Shown in pieces: positions 51,168-61,937 of a DNA stretch of 64,000 nt (position 1 is the first letter of the stretch; every line of letters starts with the position of its first letter). The stretch is taken from assembly GCA_016840085.1 (NCBI GenBank), contig JAEOTA010000085.1, forward strand, positions 61,498 to 125,497, read 5' to 3'. The notes beneath the pieces were generated by a model. The model was not told the DNA's origin. It worked only from the letters and a program-made list of their open reading frames with translations, and did not search any database. The DNA is from Promethearchaeota archaeon (GTDB lineage Archaea > Asgardarchaeota > Lokiarchaeia > Sigyniarchaeales > SOKP01). A program made the position numbers and the translations under genes.

Positions 51168-51761
51168 CTAATTTACAGCTGAAATTACTTTATAATCAAA
51201 ATATTTTTTCAATACTAATCTTAAGATTTCTTCAAAACAATCTAAAATACCCTCTCCGTTTATTGCTATAGTATATCGTGAATCTATTCTTTTAAATTTT
51301 TGAAAGTCAATTTTTTTTAGGAATTCTATAGAATTGAATTTATCTGGTAAATCTTGTTTATTAAAGGCTATTATAATTGGAATATTATTGAGTGTATCTT
51401 GAAAATATGAAATTAATTCATTCCAAGAAATTAAATTGCGTTCATAGACTTCTTTTTGGGAATCAATGACAAATATTATCCCATCAACTGCTCGTAAAGT
51501 AATTGGTCTCGTCACAATGTAAAAATCTTGGCCAGTTGTGGTATAAATGTTAACTTTTAAAAACCATTCCTCATTCTGGAATGTCACCACGCCATAATCA
51601 AAAAATAATGTCCTTTTTACAGTGCTTTCAATTGAGCTTAAATCTTCTTTTTTACCAAAATGAGAAAATAGAGATTTTATTGAAGTCGTCTTACCTGATA
51701 AGGCTGGACCAAAATATACTATTTTTATCGAAATAGTCTTATCCATATAATCTACTATCAT
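51168..51761 (-). CDS. MglA-like small GTPase
   Basis: KIVYFGPALSGKTT, RTLFFD, TTTGQ, NKQD. Confidence 0.85.
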   Translation of the reverse strand: MIVDYMDKTISIKIVYFGPALSGKTTSIKSLFSHFGKKEDLSSIESTVKRTLFFDYGVVTFQNEEWFLKVNIYTTTGQDFYIVTRPITLRAVDGIIFVIDSQKEVYERNLISWNELISYFQDTLNNIPIIIAFNKQDLPDKFNSIEFLKKIDFQKFKRIDSRYTIAINGEGILDCFEEILRLVLKKYFDYKVISAVN

Positions 51762-51856
51762 GTTTTAACTTAAGAGTGTTTTAATAGTGAATTGAAAAAT
51801 AGATTTAAAAAAGGCAAGAAAATTTGTGTTGAATATTACTAGAAGATAAAGTTATT

Positions 51857-52861
51857 TTATGGCTCAGGAATAAGTAAAATAAAATTACTACCTTTGGTAT
51901 GATCCCCCTTTATTCTATCTTCTACCCAGATTTTTCCATTATAATACTCAACAATTTTCTTGATAAAAGATAAACCCAAACCAGTTTTAAATTTACTCTC
52001 CTCTTCTTCACGGGTAATAAAAATTTCCTTTTTTCGGTCATCTGGAATTCCAATTCCATTATCTATTAGTTCAGTTTTTATATAAGAGGTGTGTTCGCCT
52101 TTATATTTTGATATTCTTATTACAATTTCAATAGTATCATTTTTATTATGCATTATCGTGTTTAACAGAATATTTTCAAATATATTTCCGAGCAAATCGT
52201 TAGCTTTCACCACAAATTTATGATCTGTTTTGTTAATTTGAACATTTAATTTTCTATGGTCATAAGATTTCTTTATAATTTTAATTGTACTTTCAAGAAC
52301 AATATCAAGATCAACAGGTTCTATTGGTAAATCTAAATTTCTTATTTTAGAGAGATTAGTTACATTTGAGATTAAATTTTCTCCCCGTAATATTTGTTCT
52401 CTAATTAATCTAAAGATTTCAGTTATTGTATCCATTTTTTTTTCATCGTTCTTAGATTGCGCAATGAGGTCATTCGCTAACTGGATATTTTGAAGTATGT
52501 TTCTAATATCATGAGTAAATAAATCTTTATAAAATTCTGTGTACCTGTAAGCTTCTTCTATATTCTTTTGGTTTTCCAGTATGCTTATCTCATTCTCTTT
52601 TTGTAAATATGTATAAACAAAGAAAAACCAAGTTAATGGGGCTAAAATCGCTACATAATCTTCTATGCTTACAAAAATTTCACTAATTCCAGACCATTCT
52701 AAGAAATTGCTCAAATAATAGAATGATATAATACATAAGAATGCTAAAAGGGATAATCTAGTGACGATTGAAAATCGGTATTTCCATCCAATTACGGTAA
52801 TAAAAAGAGAAATAAGCGTTATTAGAAGGATAAACAAATCAAGTATCGCTATTAAGCTCAT
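51857..52861 (-). CDS. Membrane sensor histidine kinase
   Basis: 3 TM helices; THDIRN H-box; ENILLN N-box; DNGIGI; GLGL; GSNF. Confidence 0.92.
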   Translation of the reverse strand: MSLIAILDLFILLITLISLFITVIGWKYRFSIVTRLSLLAFLCIISFYYLSNFLEWSGISEIFVSIEDYVAILAPLTWFFFVYTYLQKENEISILENQKNIEEAYRYTEFYKDLFTHDIRNILQNIQLANDLIAQSKNDEKKMDTITEIFRLIREQILRGENLISNVTNLSKIRNLDLPIEPVDLDIVLESTIKIIKKSYDHRKLNVQINKTDHKFVVKANDLLGNIFENILLNTIMHNKNDTIEIVIRISKYKGEHTSYIKTELIDNGIGIPDDRKKEIFITREEEESKFKTGLGLSFIKKIVEYYNGKIWVEDRIKGDHTKGSNFILLIPEP

Positions 52862-53129
52862 TTCTACTCCTCCTTTTATAATATATTATAGTCCAGATAA
52901 CCAACATAAGTGAACTACAAATATAACATAGATGCTCCAAAAGGTTAAAAAGTACTTCAAAAAAGATCCCCTCAATTACTGTGAAAAACCACCCAAAGGT
53001 AAATAGGATAAAAGAGACTATAAAGATCTTTGATCCTGGTAAATTTTTCCACCTGCCATAATTAAGAACAATAAAGGTAAGTGGTGCAAAGCACAATAAA
53101 AATGTAATTAATTCATTTTCTTGAATCAT
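52839..53129 (-). CDS. Small 3-TM membrane protein coupled to the kinase
   Basis: Hydrophobic; overlaps the kinase start. Confidence 0.7.
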   Translation of the reverse strand: MIQENELITFLLCFAPLTFIVLNYGRWKNLPGSKIFIVSFILFTFGWFFTVIEGIFFEVLFNLLEHLCYICSSLMLVIWTIIYYKRRSRNELNSDT

Positions 53130-53267
53130 ATTAAAATTATTGATGAATAGATAAATATTTCTAAAATTCTAAGATATTATATAAAATATAAAAAAAATTT
53201 TAATAATTTATATCTTTACAATATTTTACTAAAAAGAGAGAATTTATTTACTATAGAAATAGTCCAA

Positions 53268-53669
53268 TTAACTGGATTTTAAAATAATTGAATCATTTTT
53301 TATGAAACCAGATAAAAGATTTCTCAGTATTAGTAATTCAACTTCTCTTCTTAAAATATCCTCACCAAGATCTAACTCTTCGTTTTCTTTTATAATTTGA
53401 TTTAATTCTTGAAAAGAAATTGATTTTTGTTCATGTGAAATCTTTTTAATATGAGTTAAGATTATTTCTTGATTATAACTTGACCGACAATTAGAATCTA
53501 ATTGATATAAGGTATGAATTAACCCGTAATTAAAATTATAATCACTTGTTTTTTCAAATTCTTTTAATTTGTCAAGGATTATCATTGCTTCTTTGTATTT
53601 TTCTAAATCCATTAAATTTTGAGCTTCATTCAATTGGTTCATAAATTCTTTAGTGTTCATAATAATCAT
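53268..53669 (-). CDS. Hypothetical protein
   Basis: Clean ORF, helical composition. Confidence 0.7.
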   Translation of the reverse strand: MIIMNTKEFMNQLNEAQNLMDLEKYKEAMIILDKLKEFEKTSDYNFNYGLIHTLYQLDSNCRSSYNQEIILTHIKKISHEQKSISFQELNQIIKENEELDLGEDILRREVELLILRNLLSGFIKNDSIILKSS

Positions 53670-53673
53670 ACAA

Positions 53674-54099
53674 TCAACTAATAATTGAGGGTATCAAACC
53701 TTTAAAGTGTTTGTCAAAGGTAGCTAAAAAATTGCATTTTAAACGTTTGCAATGAATTAAAATAGAACTATCAGTAAAAGATAATCTTTTTTCTTTATAT
53801 TTTTGAAAGGTCTGCCAAGAATTCTTAAAATCTTCATCTGTAAAACTAATAATCTTTATCTTCCTACTATTTAAAAGGTAATTTCCCAGATTTATAGCAA
53901 AATCAGGACGTTTAATTCTTACTAATGCTAAGGTCGCCAATTCATTAAACACTAATGTAGATGTGTATATCTCCCCGAATTCGTTTTTTAGAAATCTTCT
54001 CATCCAAGATTGAGCAATTTGGAAATTTTTATCATCCTTATTCTTGACTGCTAAAAAAAATCCTGTATCTAAAAAAACAGCCATTTTATTCTTCCCCAT
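53674..54099 (-). CDS. vapC: VapC-type PIN-domain toxin
   Basis: VFLDTG, NE, SFTDS, TFDKHF. Confidence 0.9.
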   Translation of the reverse strand: MGKNKMAVFLDTGFFLAVKNKDDKNFQIAQSWMRRFLKNEFGEIYTSTLVFNELATLALVRIKRPDFAINLGNYLLNSRKIKIISFTDEDFKNSWQTFQKYKEKRLSFTDSSILIHCKRLKCNFLATFDKHFKGLIPSIIS

Positions 54100-54361
54100 T
54101 TAAATGATATAAAAGCTCATCAACTCTTTCTGATAAATCTTCAATACCTAACTCAAAAACATCGTCTAATCCTTTCCATGCATCATCATCAGTTATTGAA
54201 TACGATATTTCCTTTTCTTCAAGACCTTCAGCTGTCATTGCATCCTCAATCAATTTCGCTATAAGATCTTTCTTGCTAATTTTATTTCCTCGTAAAGTCA
54301 AATGAGAAATTAATTTATCCAATAATTTTAAATGTTTTTTATCAATCCTAATTGTACTCAT
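54086..54361 (-). CDS. Putative antitoxin (RHH-like)
   Basis: MSTIRID N-terminus; DLSERVDELLY tail; overlaps vapC. Confidence 0.75.
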   Translation of the reverse strand: MSTIRIDKKHLKLLDKLISHLTLRGNKISKKDLIAKLIEDAMTAEGLEEKEISYSITDDDAWKGLDDVFELGIEDLSERVDELLYHLNGEE

Positions 54362-54383
54362 ATTATCACATATGTTGTATCTT

Positions 54384-54399
54384 TGTATACTAGTATACA
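54384..54399. promoter_or_regulatory. Perfect 16-bp palindrome TGTATACTAGTATACA; candidate TA operator
   Basis: 23 nt upstream of the antitoxin start. Confidence 0.55.
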
Positions 54400-54501
54400 G
54401 AATTTTAAAATATATTAATTTTTTGATTTATCATCATAAAATAAGAAGGGAAAAGAGTTAACAAATAACACTGTAAGAGTTCTATGGATTCATATTACTT
54501 C

Positions 54502-55044
54502 TTACAAAGATTTAAATTTAAAATATAGTTGCTCTATAATCACGTTAAATGCATCAACAACTCCTTCCCCTGTTTTTGCGGATGTGAAGAAAAATTTTAA
54601 AAAATTAAGATTTTCAACAAGTTTTTGGATATTTGTGGTATTTATTGTATTTTCGTTCACTAAATCAACTTTATTAGCGAACAAAACCACTGGAATATTT
54701 CCACAGTTTTTTTCTACTACTTCATGCCAATTCCTTATATGTGTAAAGCTATTTCGACCAAGCTCATTTTCTTCAAGGCTATATACGATAATTGCTGCTT
54801 TACTCTCTTTGTAAAATAGATGTGTTAAAAAATTGAAATCATCTTGTCCTGCTATGTCCCAAAATATTAATCTAATGATATCTCCATTGATTTCTCTATT
54901 ATATTTAGAAAATTGAGCACCAATTGTTTTAACATAATCCTTTTCAAATGTTCCTTTCGTGAATTTTTTAATTAAGGATGTCTTACCAACGGCTCCATCT
55001 CCAATAACTACTATCTTAAATCGAAATTCCTCAGAAATCTTCAT
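54502..55044 (-). CDS. Rab-like small GTPase
   Basis: GDGAVGKTS, KTIG, WDIAGQ, NKVD, TSAKTG; no C-terminal prenylation Cys. Confidence 0.92.
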   Translation of the reverse strand: MKISEEFRFKIVVIGDGAVGKTSLIKKFTKGTFEKDYVKTIGAQFSKYNREINGDIIRLIFWDIAGQDDFNFLTHLFYKESKAAIIVYSLEENELGRNSFTHIRNWHEVVEKNCGNIPVVLFANKVDLVNENTINTTNIQKLVENLNFLKFFFTSAKTGEGVVDAFNVIIEQLYFKFKSL

Positions 55045-55149
55045 TAGATTTCCATGTCTTAATCAAATAATATTTTTTTTTCATGTAAGAATAGATTTAA
55101 GTTAATATAAAATTTTGGTAAGCTGAAGTGATTGAATAATACAATTCTA

Positions 55150-57099
55150 CTAATTTTTTTTCTCAACAAAGATCTCTATTATCAACGATTCAAGCGATGG
55201 AATACTGTGTGCTTGAACTGATTTACTCTTTTGGAAAAAATTCTGTAAAGATTGCCAAATAAGATTATCATTCTGTATGGAATCAAGAAAGTTTTTAATC
55301 TTATGGTGAGCAAAATATGACGCCCCCTTAAAGATATAGCATGTTAAAAATGGTTGAGCGGGCATCATAAGAAGCGTGTACTCACCAAAGACTGCCCTAT
55401 CAAGGCCTTCCGAAAATACCTCACTAATAAAATAATTTATGGTGGTTAGGAAACCCCCTAATATATCATCTTCAAAAGAAAAATCCTCCATAAATTTTTT
55501 AGAGAATAAAAGATTACCACCCTCCGTTAGTATTAATAGCATAACAGGGACTTCTTTTGATATTTCTGGAACTTCAATCATTCGTCTCTTTACCATATCT
55601 TCCATTTGCTCGTTCAAACCAGTAAACTCCAAACGTTCAGATAGAGATACTTCTGAAGTTTTTAAATTCTCCCACATTTTGGTTTTTCTGAGTAATTCAT
55701 CATGTTCATATGAAATTTTCATTGCTAAGCGTTTCATACTATAGGATTCTGCTATTTTTTGTGCTCGGGTCAAAAACAGTCGGGCTGATTTTACATCAAA
55801 ATTTAGTAAAGCTATTTTAGCTTGAAGTATGAACGTCTCACAAAAAACTAGATATGAATGTTGCTTTTCAGCAATATCCAATAGCCTGGAAATATAATAA
55901 TTAAGTTCATTAAGTACCTCAATATTATTCTCTATACGATATTCCGTGAGAAGTATGTCACAAAGATGGATATGAGCTTTAATAATAAGATCAAAAAATA
56001 TAGTATCAGTTTCTATAAGTTCTTTGAATAATTCTTCTGCTTTTGCTTTATCTCGGATTCGAGAACTTGTTTTTAAAATTAGGGCTTTATCAAATTTGTA
56101 AAGAATTTCAATTCTATCATTTCTTTTTTGGTTATAAATTTTTTCCAAACGATGAAAATATTTTTGAGCACGTTCGTTATCTCCATGTTCAAATGCTAAG
56201 CTTATTAAATTTTCAATAGGGGTTTCTATATCAAACAAACTATGAGGATTCTGCTCGTAAAGATTTATACTCTCCTCTAAATGTTCCACAGCAAGTTCAT
56301 ATTCACCCATTTCACTATACAAAATCCCCATATTACTTAATAGAAATGCAATATAAGCATTATTCTTCATCTTTTTAAATAATTTTAAACCCTTTATGTA
56401 ATATTTCAAGCTTTTATCCATTTCGCCAATAGATTCATAATATCCTCCAAAATAGATTTGACACAGAGCAATCCAGAAGTGATTAAATTTAATTTCCTTT
56501 GCAAGAGATAATGCTTTTTTAAAGTGCTCCCTAGAAAGATCAAAATTGCTTTTTACTCGCACTAAATAACTCCCCATTATAAGATTAGCCCAGACGATTT
56601 CGAATGATTTATCGAATTTTTCTTGTGAATCTAAGATCCACTCTAAAGATTTCTCAACCAAATCTACTTTACCACCATGCAATCCAACAAAGGCTTTTGT
56701 TACACTTAGACGAACTTTTCTTTGACTTATAATTTCTTTAGACACATTTGAAATAGACTTTATTACTGATTCAATTTCTTTAAAAAAATTGAACGCTTCC
56801 TCAAATTTACCAGCTATTGCTAATCCAGTGATAATAAACCACAACCCATCAAAAGATTGGAGATTATCATTACGGTCTTGACCTTCTTTATATATTTTCT
56901 CACCTAAATTAATGAGATCTTCCCCTTTATTAAGATAAAAGAGAATTAATCCCTTAAGAAACTGAAAGTAACTTTTTTGCTGAAGACTAAGCCCCTCAAA
57001 ATGGCTCTCATCATTTAATACTTCAAGAGCCTCATCCAGCTTACCAGTATCAAAAAGCTTTTCCACTCTCATTAATTGCTTTAACTCTGGGTGAGACAT
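55150..57099 (-). CDS. TPR-repeat protein with C-terminal longin-like domain
   Basis: TPRs (SNMGILYSEMGEYELAVEHLEESI); tail PVMLLILTEGGNLLFSKKF...ILGGFLTTINYFISEVF. Confidence 0.8.
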   Translation of the reverse strand: MSHPELKQLMRVEKLFDTGKLDEALEVLNDESHFEGLSLQQKSYFQFLKGLILFYLNKGEDLINLGEKIYKEGQDRNDNLQSFDGLWFIITGLAIAGKFEEAFNFFKEIESVIKSISNVSKEIISQRKVRLSVTKAFVGLHGGKVDLVEKSLEWILDSQEKFDKSFEIVWANLIMGSYLVRVKSNFDLSREHFKKALSLAKEIKFNHFWIALCQIYFGGYYESIGEMDKSLKYYIKGLKLFKKMKNNAYIAFLLSNMGILYSEMGEYELAVEHLEESINLYEQNPHSLFDIETPIENLISLAFEHGDNERAQKYFHRLEKIYNQKRNDRIEILYKFDKALILKTSSRIRDKAKAEELFKELIETDTIFFDLIIKAHIHLCDILLTEYRIENNIEVLNELNYYISRLLDIAEKQHSYLVFCETFILQAKIALLNFDVKSARLFLTRAQKIAESYSMKRLAMKISYEHDELLRKTKMWENLKTSEVSLSERLEFTGLNEQMEDMVKRRMIEVPEISKEVPVMLLILTEGGNLLFSKKFMEDFSFEDDILGGFLTTINYFISEVFSEGLDRAVFGEYTLLMMPAQPFLTCYIFKGASYFAHHKIKNFLDSIQNDNLIWQSLQNFFQKSKSVQAHSIPSLESLIIEIFVEKKN

Positions 57100-57369
57100 T
57101 TATTTATTTGATTTGGATTATAACGTTATGAATATACTAAGCTAATAATGATTTTAAACCTAATGTTTAATGAATTGCACTCTTAGTAAAAGTCTGAATT
57201 TTTTAAAAAATTGTTGTAAGTGTGCTTATCACCCATATCTAATGAAAAAAGCACTACGATCAAATATAGGGTTAAAAATCTCACACATATCAGGAGTGAA
57301 GTGAACTTTCTTAGTAATATAGTAAATTAAAACATCGAGAAAAAAAAAATTAAATAGAATACTAGTCAG

Positions 57370-57950
57370 CTATTTCAAGAGGCTAACAAACTTATCTATG
57401 AATGCTGAGATATTATCCCAATCGCGAAAATCATTGCACCCTTTGTAATCTAGTTCTATCCCCCTTTTTTTCGCGAGCAATCTATAAAACGACTTTGAAA
57501 TTACTCTATCATCGCGCTCTAAAGGAGAAAAAGGACTAAAATCCAACACTGGTTTAAAACTCTCGACTAGATCGGGAGTGAATCCCATTTCTTTTCTCAG
57601 GTGCTTCATAAATTTTTCTTTATTATTATTCTTTCTAAGCAACAAGGCAGGATTGAGGGCGTCGTTTTCAAACAAAACAACTGGATATTGATGTAGTTTG
57701 TAATAGGCAAGATCTCTTTTTAAGAAAGATTTCTTTAATTTTTTCAGTCTCCACACCCCTTGATCGATGCCGAGAATAATACCACTGTACTGTTCAAGGG
57801 GGGATAGACCTCTGTGTTTTGATTACGAATTACATCAACAGTTATTACTTCCAACCCCTTTTTTTGCGGTCGATCCTTAATGAAATTGGCTATTTGTTTC
57901 ACGTAGCCGTACTCTGAATGATAGATAATTAATACTTTTTTCTCCATCAT
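57370..57950 (-). pseudogene. Frameshifted flavodoxin-like (HemG/Flavodoxin_5-like) gene
   Basis: N-terminal KVLIIYHSEYGYVKQIA and C-terminal DFRDWDNI lie in different overlapping frames. Confidence 0.65.
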
Positions 57951-57971
57951 ATTTCACCTTCTGCTTTACAT

Positions 57972-58514
57972 CTATCTCTTTTTGAAAATATAAGTTTTGC
58001 CGTGTGCTTGGCAAAATTGTTCTAGAGCGGCTCTAATTTTCTTCAATCCTTTTCTGGAATAATCTTTTTGGCTTTGTACTATGAAAGATTTCGCAGCTTC
58101 CAAGAAGTGAAACTTGTAATAACTCGTATATGTAGATGAAAAAAAATCCAGGAAATCTTCTTTGGATAATCTTGATACTTCTAAAGTGTCGAAAGATTTG
58201 TTTTTAACGGTAAAAATCGGCTTTTTGGGAACTTTAAAAGTAATCGTATTTTGATCTATTAAAAAGCTTCTTACTTGACGCCCACCTCTCATCTTAAAGC
58301 CTATATATATGAGAAGCACGATCACGATAAATCCTAACACCAACAAAATAATGGTTCCAATTGCGCTTTAAAAATTGGTTTCTGGAGTTTCCGCTATATT
58401 GGTGATGACAACAGCGATTATTATTAAAAGAGAAATCCCGAAAATAATGCAGCAAACACTAGAGTAATACGATTTTCTAAGGGTTTCTTTTATTTCAATT
58501 ACATTTTCGCTCAT
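57972..58514 (-). pseudogene. Two-TM membrane protein gene with in-frame TAA at 58368-58370
   Basis: ATG 58514 (MSENVIEIKE...) is in frame with ORF 57972..58346; a single stop lies between the two TM helices. Confidence 0.65.
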
Positions 58515-58567
58515 AATTTTTCACTTTTTTTAGAATTTATATATATAATAAATTAGTTGGAATTAGC

Positions 58568-58595
58568 TATTTAAAACCACGAGGTAGGATTTTTT
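58568..58595. repeat. 28-bp intergenic motif, copy 1
   Basis: TATTTAAAACCACGAGGTAGGATTTTTT. Confidence 0.8.
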
Positions 58596-58659
58596 AAAGA
58601 AATTAAAAAAATATCAATTTAATTTCTTTACATTTTAATAATCCCCGATAACCTTACTT

Positions 58660-58884
58660 CTAGCAATACTCTATTACATAATAACAAAAAAAGAGTATTA
58701 ATATCCCTACAAAAACTATAGTAAATAAGTTGAGAAAGTTAAGTTCTGGAAAGTAGTTAGTAATAGCAAATGTAGTTATTAAAGCCAATAAAAAAATTCC
58801 AATTAAACCTAGAATTATTGAATATAATATTTTTGAAGCCAACCTTTTCGATTTTGGTTTTTCTTCTTCAGACATATAATTCAT
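58660..58884 (-). CDS. Small two-TM membrane protein
   Basis: Two hydrophobic helices. Confidence 0.65.
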   Translation of the reverse strand: MNYMSEEEKPKSKRLASKILYSIILGLIGIFLLALITTFAITNYFPELNFLNLFTIVFVGILILFFCYYVIEYC

Positions 58885-58900
58885 CCTAGATTTAGTTTGA

Positions 58901-58928
58901 TATTTAAAACCACAAGGAAGGATTTTTT
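58901..58928. repeat. 28-bp intergenic motif, copy 2
   Basis: TATTTAAAACCACAAGGAAGGATTTTTT. Confidence 0.8.
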
Positions 58929-58991
58929 ACAAAAAACGCAATAATTCCTATCCAATATGAGTTATTAAAAAAAATAAGATTTAGAAGTAAA

Positions 58992-59429
58992 TTATTGAAA
59001 TAATTTCTTTATTTTTTCTTTTTGAATAAGTGTTAATGATATTATACTTATTATTAAAAAAACTAAATAGTATTGCCCGAAAGGAATTTCACCACCACCA
59101 TTAGAGACTGCTTGAGTAGGGCTATATTTTATAATAAAAAGATTATAACTCGTCAATCCAAAACTATTGGTTCTCCCTGTGTTGAATATATTATCTGAAG
59201 AATCTATTTCAATAGAGGAACTATATTCGTTTCCAGTTCCCCCCCAAGTGCGATTCCACAATTGCTCTCCCACACTATTATAACACGCTATGGCTGTATC
59301 ACGCTGACCTAAACCAAAAGAATGCGTTGTTCCCCCAATAATTACATTATCCGAAGAATCAATCCCAATAGAAAAACCATAATCCTGTTCAGTTCCTCCC
59401 CAAGAAAGATTCCATAATTGTTGACCCAA
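58992..59429 (-). pseudogene. N-terminally truncated SBBP/beta-propeller surface protein with C-terminal sorting signal
   Basis: WNxTWGGT...IDSSDN repeats; IPFG-TM-basic tail; no signal peptide; begins mid-repeat right after the upstream gene. Confidence 0.6.
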
Positions 59430-59465
59430 ACTATTAAATTTAAATAAATAAGATTATGAAGAAAA

Positions 59466-61892
59466 TTACTGAAATATTTTCTTTATTTTTCGTTTTTGAA
59501 CAATTATCAGTGATACTACGCCGATTATTAGAAATATCGAATAGTAGTATCCAAAAGCAATCGCTTGAGTTCCTCTATCAGATTCAACTGTCACTTCAAT
59601 AATATCACTATTAAAATTTCCTGCTTTATCATAAACGGTACAATTGAAGATATAGCTCCCTACCGATAAACCATCTACGTTAATATTGATTGGATTTCCG
59701 TCCCAAACATCATCTTGAACTTTTACACCATCTCTAGTTATGATGTAGAAATCAGGATTGATATCAAATCCATCCCATGTTATATTATTTCCGATAGAAT
59801 TCTCTTTATATACAATATCATCTGGGCTATTTATTAAGGGAATAGTTGTATCAATGGTTAATAAAAAGGGAATTGAATAATTTCCTTGATTTCCAGTAGT
59901 ATCAAAAGCACAGACTCGCCAATACCATTCCCCATCAGTTAAGTCAGAAGTTATTTGATAGTTTGTAGCGTCAATTCCCGTAAAACTAACAAGATCAACT
60001 GAGGAGAATAATGAAGATCTATCTAGTTGTAATGTGTAATTTATAGCCTGAGGAACACTACTCCAAGAAAATATAGGTCTATGGATATTCTCATAATTAC
60101 CATCATTAGGATTGGTCAATACGGGAGTACCTGGAGGAATATCTACATCTAAAGTCCGAAAATTTGAAAATATTCCTAAATCTCCTTCAGAATCAATTCC
60201 CGCTACCCTCCAATACCATATATCATCGCTTAAAGGTGTTATCGGAGTATAATGTGTATTGCTCGTAGTAATATTTATAAAATCAAGTGAATCAAAGCTT
60301 ATGGATGTATCTAATTGGAAATTATATTCGAAAGCTCCTGATAATGGAAACCATTCGAAATATGGATAAGAAACATTCACATGGGCATTATCACTTGGAA
60401 TATTTAAACTGGGAGCAACCAAAACAGTGTTGTAGGAAATAATTAATGTATGTATCAAAGGTGTTTTATGAGGATCAGATGTCGATAACATTACTTTCCA
60501 TTTCAAAATATTTCCCAGATTAACAAACCAATGAACCTCGCCTGGCGTTACTTGTTCCCAATGAGTTCCGTTATCTGGGGTAAGATAATATGTTAAACTA
60601 GTACCTATCGGAGTGCTTCCAGAAACTGTTAAGATAACACTGGAAAGTAAAAATGTGCTAGAACCCACAAACAATTCTAAAGACAATGCAACCGCATTTG
60701 ATTCGAACTCATTAATTTTGTTAAAATCAACTGTTATATACATATGAACGGTCAAAATGATGGCAATACCGTTTTTTACATCTAAAGATCTTGGTCCTTC
60801 ATTGGAAGGTAAATCATAGATAAATTCTAAATTGGGATTTAAGAGATCGGTTATATTGTAAACTAAAACATTCCAATTTGATGCTATAATCCCATAAATA
60901 CCTAAGTAAAGATAGTTCCCTTCAACAAAAACGCAATTTACAACATAATCATCAAATTCGATATAACTAATCTGAGTCGTATTTTCAGGATTGGTGATAT
61001 TTACTATTTCTAATCCTAATATTCCTCCTACAAATAGTTCATTTCCTGAGATATATCCTGTAATAGAATCGGGCATTGCTAAAGAATAAACATTTTCTAA
61101 ATAATTTATAATAGGATTAGAAGGATCACTTACATCAACAGTTATCACAGTATCCATATGAGTTATGATGTAAATATAATCCCCTTTTATTAGCATATCA
61201 TCTATATATCCTAAATCGTAGGGAGCCGAAGTGTAAGAATATCTCACTGGATTAGTTGGATCACTAACGTCAAAAACAACGAATTGAACTTGGCGATCTA
61301 TTATGTAAGCATAATCACCAGAAACGACTATAAATCTGGCATCAACATCATCATATGGATAAATAGGTCTATAATTGTTATTAGATCCAACTAAAGTAGG
61401 GTTAGAGGGATCAGTGATATTAAATATTAATAATCCAAGATCACCTGATGCCAGGTACATATAATTCCCAGATACTATGAAATCAGCACACCATTGTCCT
61501 GTTGATCCGAGTAATATAGGAGATGAACGATTTGAGATATCATAAATCTCTATATCATCTGTAACATCTATATAGGCAATATCTCCCACTGTAATAATTT
61601 TCAAACCACTAATTGATTGATTGGAAAGAGTCATCTCTACGTTGGGTAAATATAAAGTTCCATCTCCCCAACCTGAAGCATTTGTATTTTGATCCATGTA
61701 ATTCGTATCTGTGAAATTTTCATGATAAGCTCCTGAACTAGTCATTCGAGGGGGTGTGTTTCTTTGATCTAATAAATGAAAAATATTTAGATGTAATGAA
61801 GATATGCTTAATGGTACGATTGGGATAAATAGAATTATTAGAATTACTAATAGGAGATTAATTCTGTTTATTTTTTTTCTCATATTATTCAC
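59466..61892 (-). CDS. Cell-surface protein: signal peptide, LVIVD repeats, Ig/FN3-like domains, C-terminal sorting signal
   Basis: GLLIFNITDPSNP and VFDVSDPTNP repeats; WYWRV domains; AIAFG-TM-basic tail. Confidence 0.88.
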   Translation of the reverse strand: MNNMRKKINRINLLLVILIILFIPIVPLSISSLHLNIFHLLDQRNTPPRMTSSGAYHENFTDTNYMDQNTNASGWGDGTLYLPNVEMTLSNQSISGLKIITVGDIAYIDVTDDIEIYDISNRSSPILLGSTGQWCADFIVSGNYMYLASGDLGLLIFNITDPSNPTLVGSNNNYRPIYPYDDVDARFIVVSGDYAYIIDRQVQFVVFDVSDPTNPVRYSYTSAPYDLGYIDDMLIKGDYIYIITHMDTVITVDVSDPSNPIINYLENVYSLAMPDSITGYISGNELFVGGILGLEIVNITNPENTTQISYIEFDDYVVNCVFVEGNYLYLGIYGIIASNWNVLVYNITDLLNPNLEFIYDLPSNEGPRSLDVKNGIAIILTVHMYITVDFNKINEFESNAVALSLELFVGSSTFLLSSVILTVSGSTPIGTSLTYYLTPDNGTHWEQVTPGEVHWFVNLGNILKWKVMLSTSDPHKTPLIHTLIISYNTVLVAPSLNIPSDNAHVNVSYPYFEWFPLSGAFEYNFQLDTSISFDSLDFINITTSNTHYTPITPLSDDIWYWRVAGIDSEGDLGIFSNFRTLDVDIPPGTPVLTNPNDGNYENIHRPIFSWSSVPQAINYTLQLDRSSLFSSVDLVSFTGIDATNYQITSDLTDGEWYWRVCAFDTTGNQGNYSIPFLLTIDTTIPLINSPDDIVYKENSIGNNITWDGFDINPDFYIITRDGVKVQDDVWDGNPININVDGLSVGSYIFNCTVYDKAGNFNSDIIEVTVESDRGTQAIAFGYYYSIFLIIGVVSLIIVQKRKIKKIFQ

Positions 61893-61937
61893 ATTTTTTA
61901 TTAAAATTTACAGTTATGAAAAGATTTTTGAGTTACC

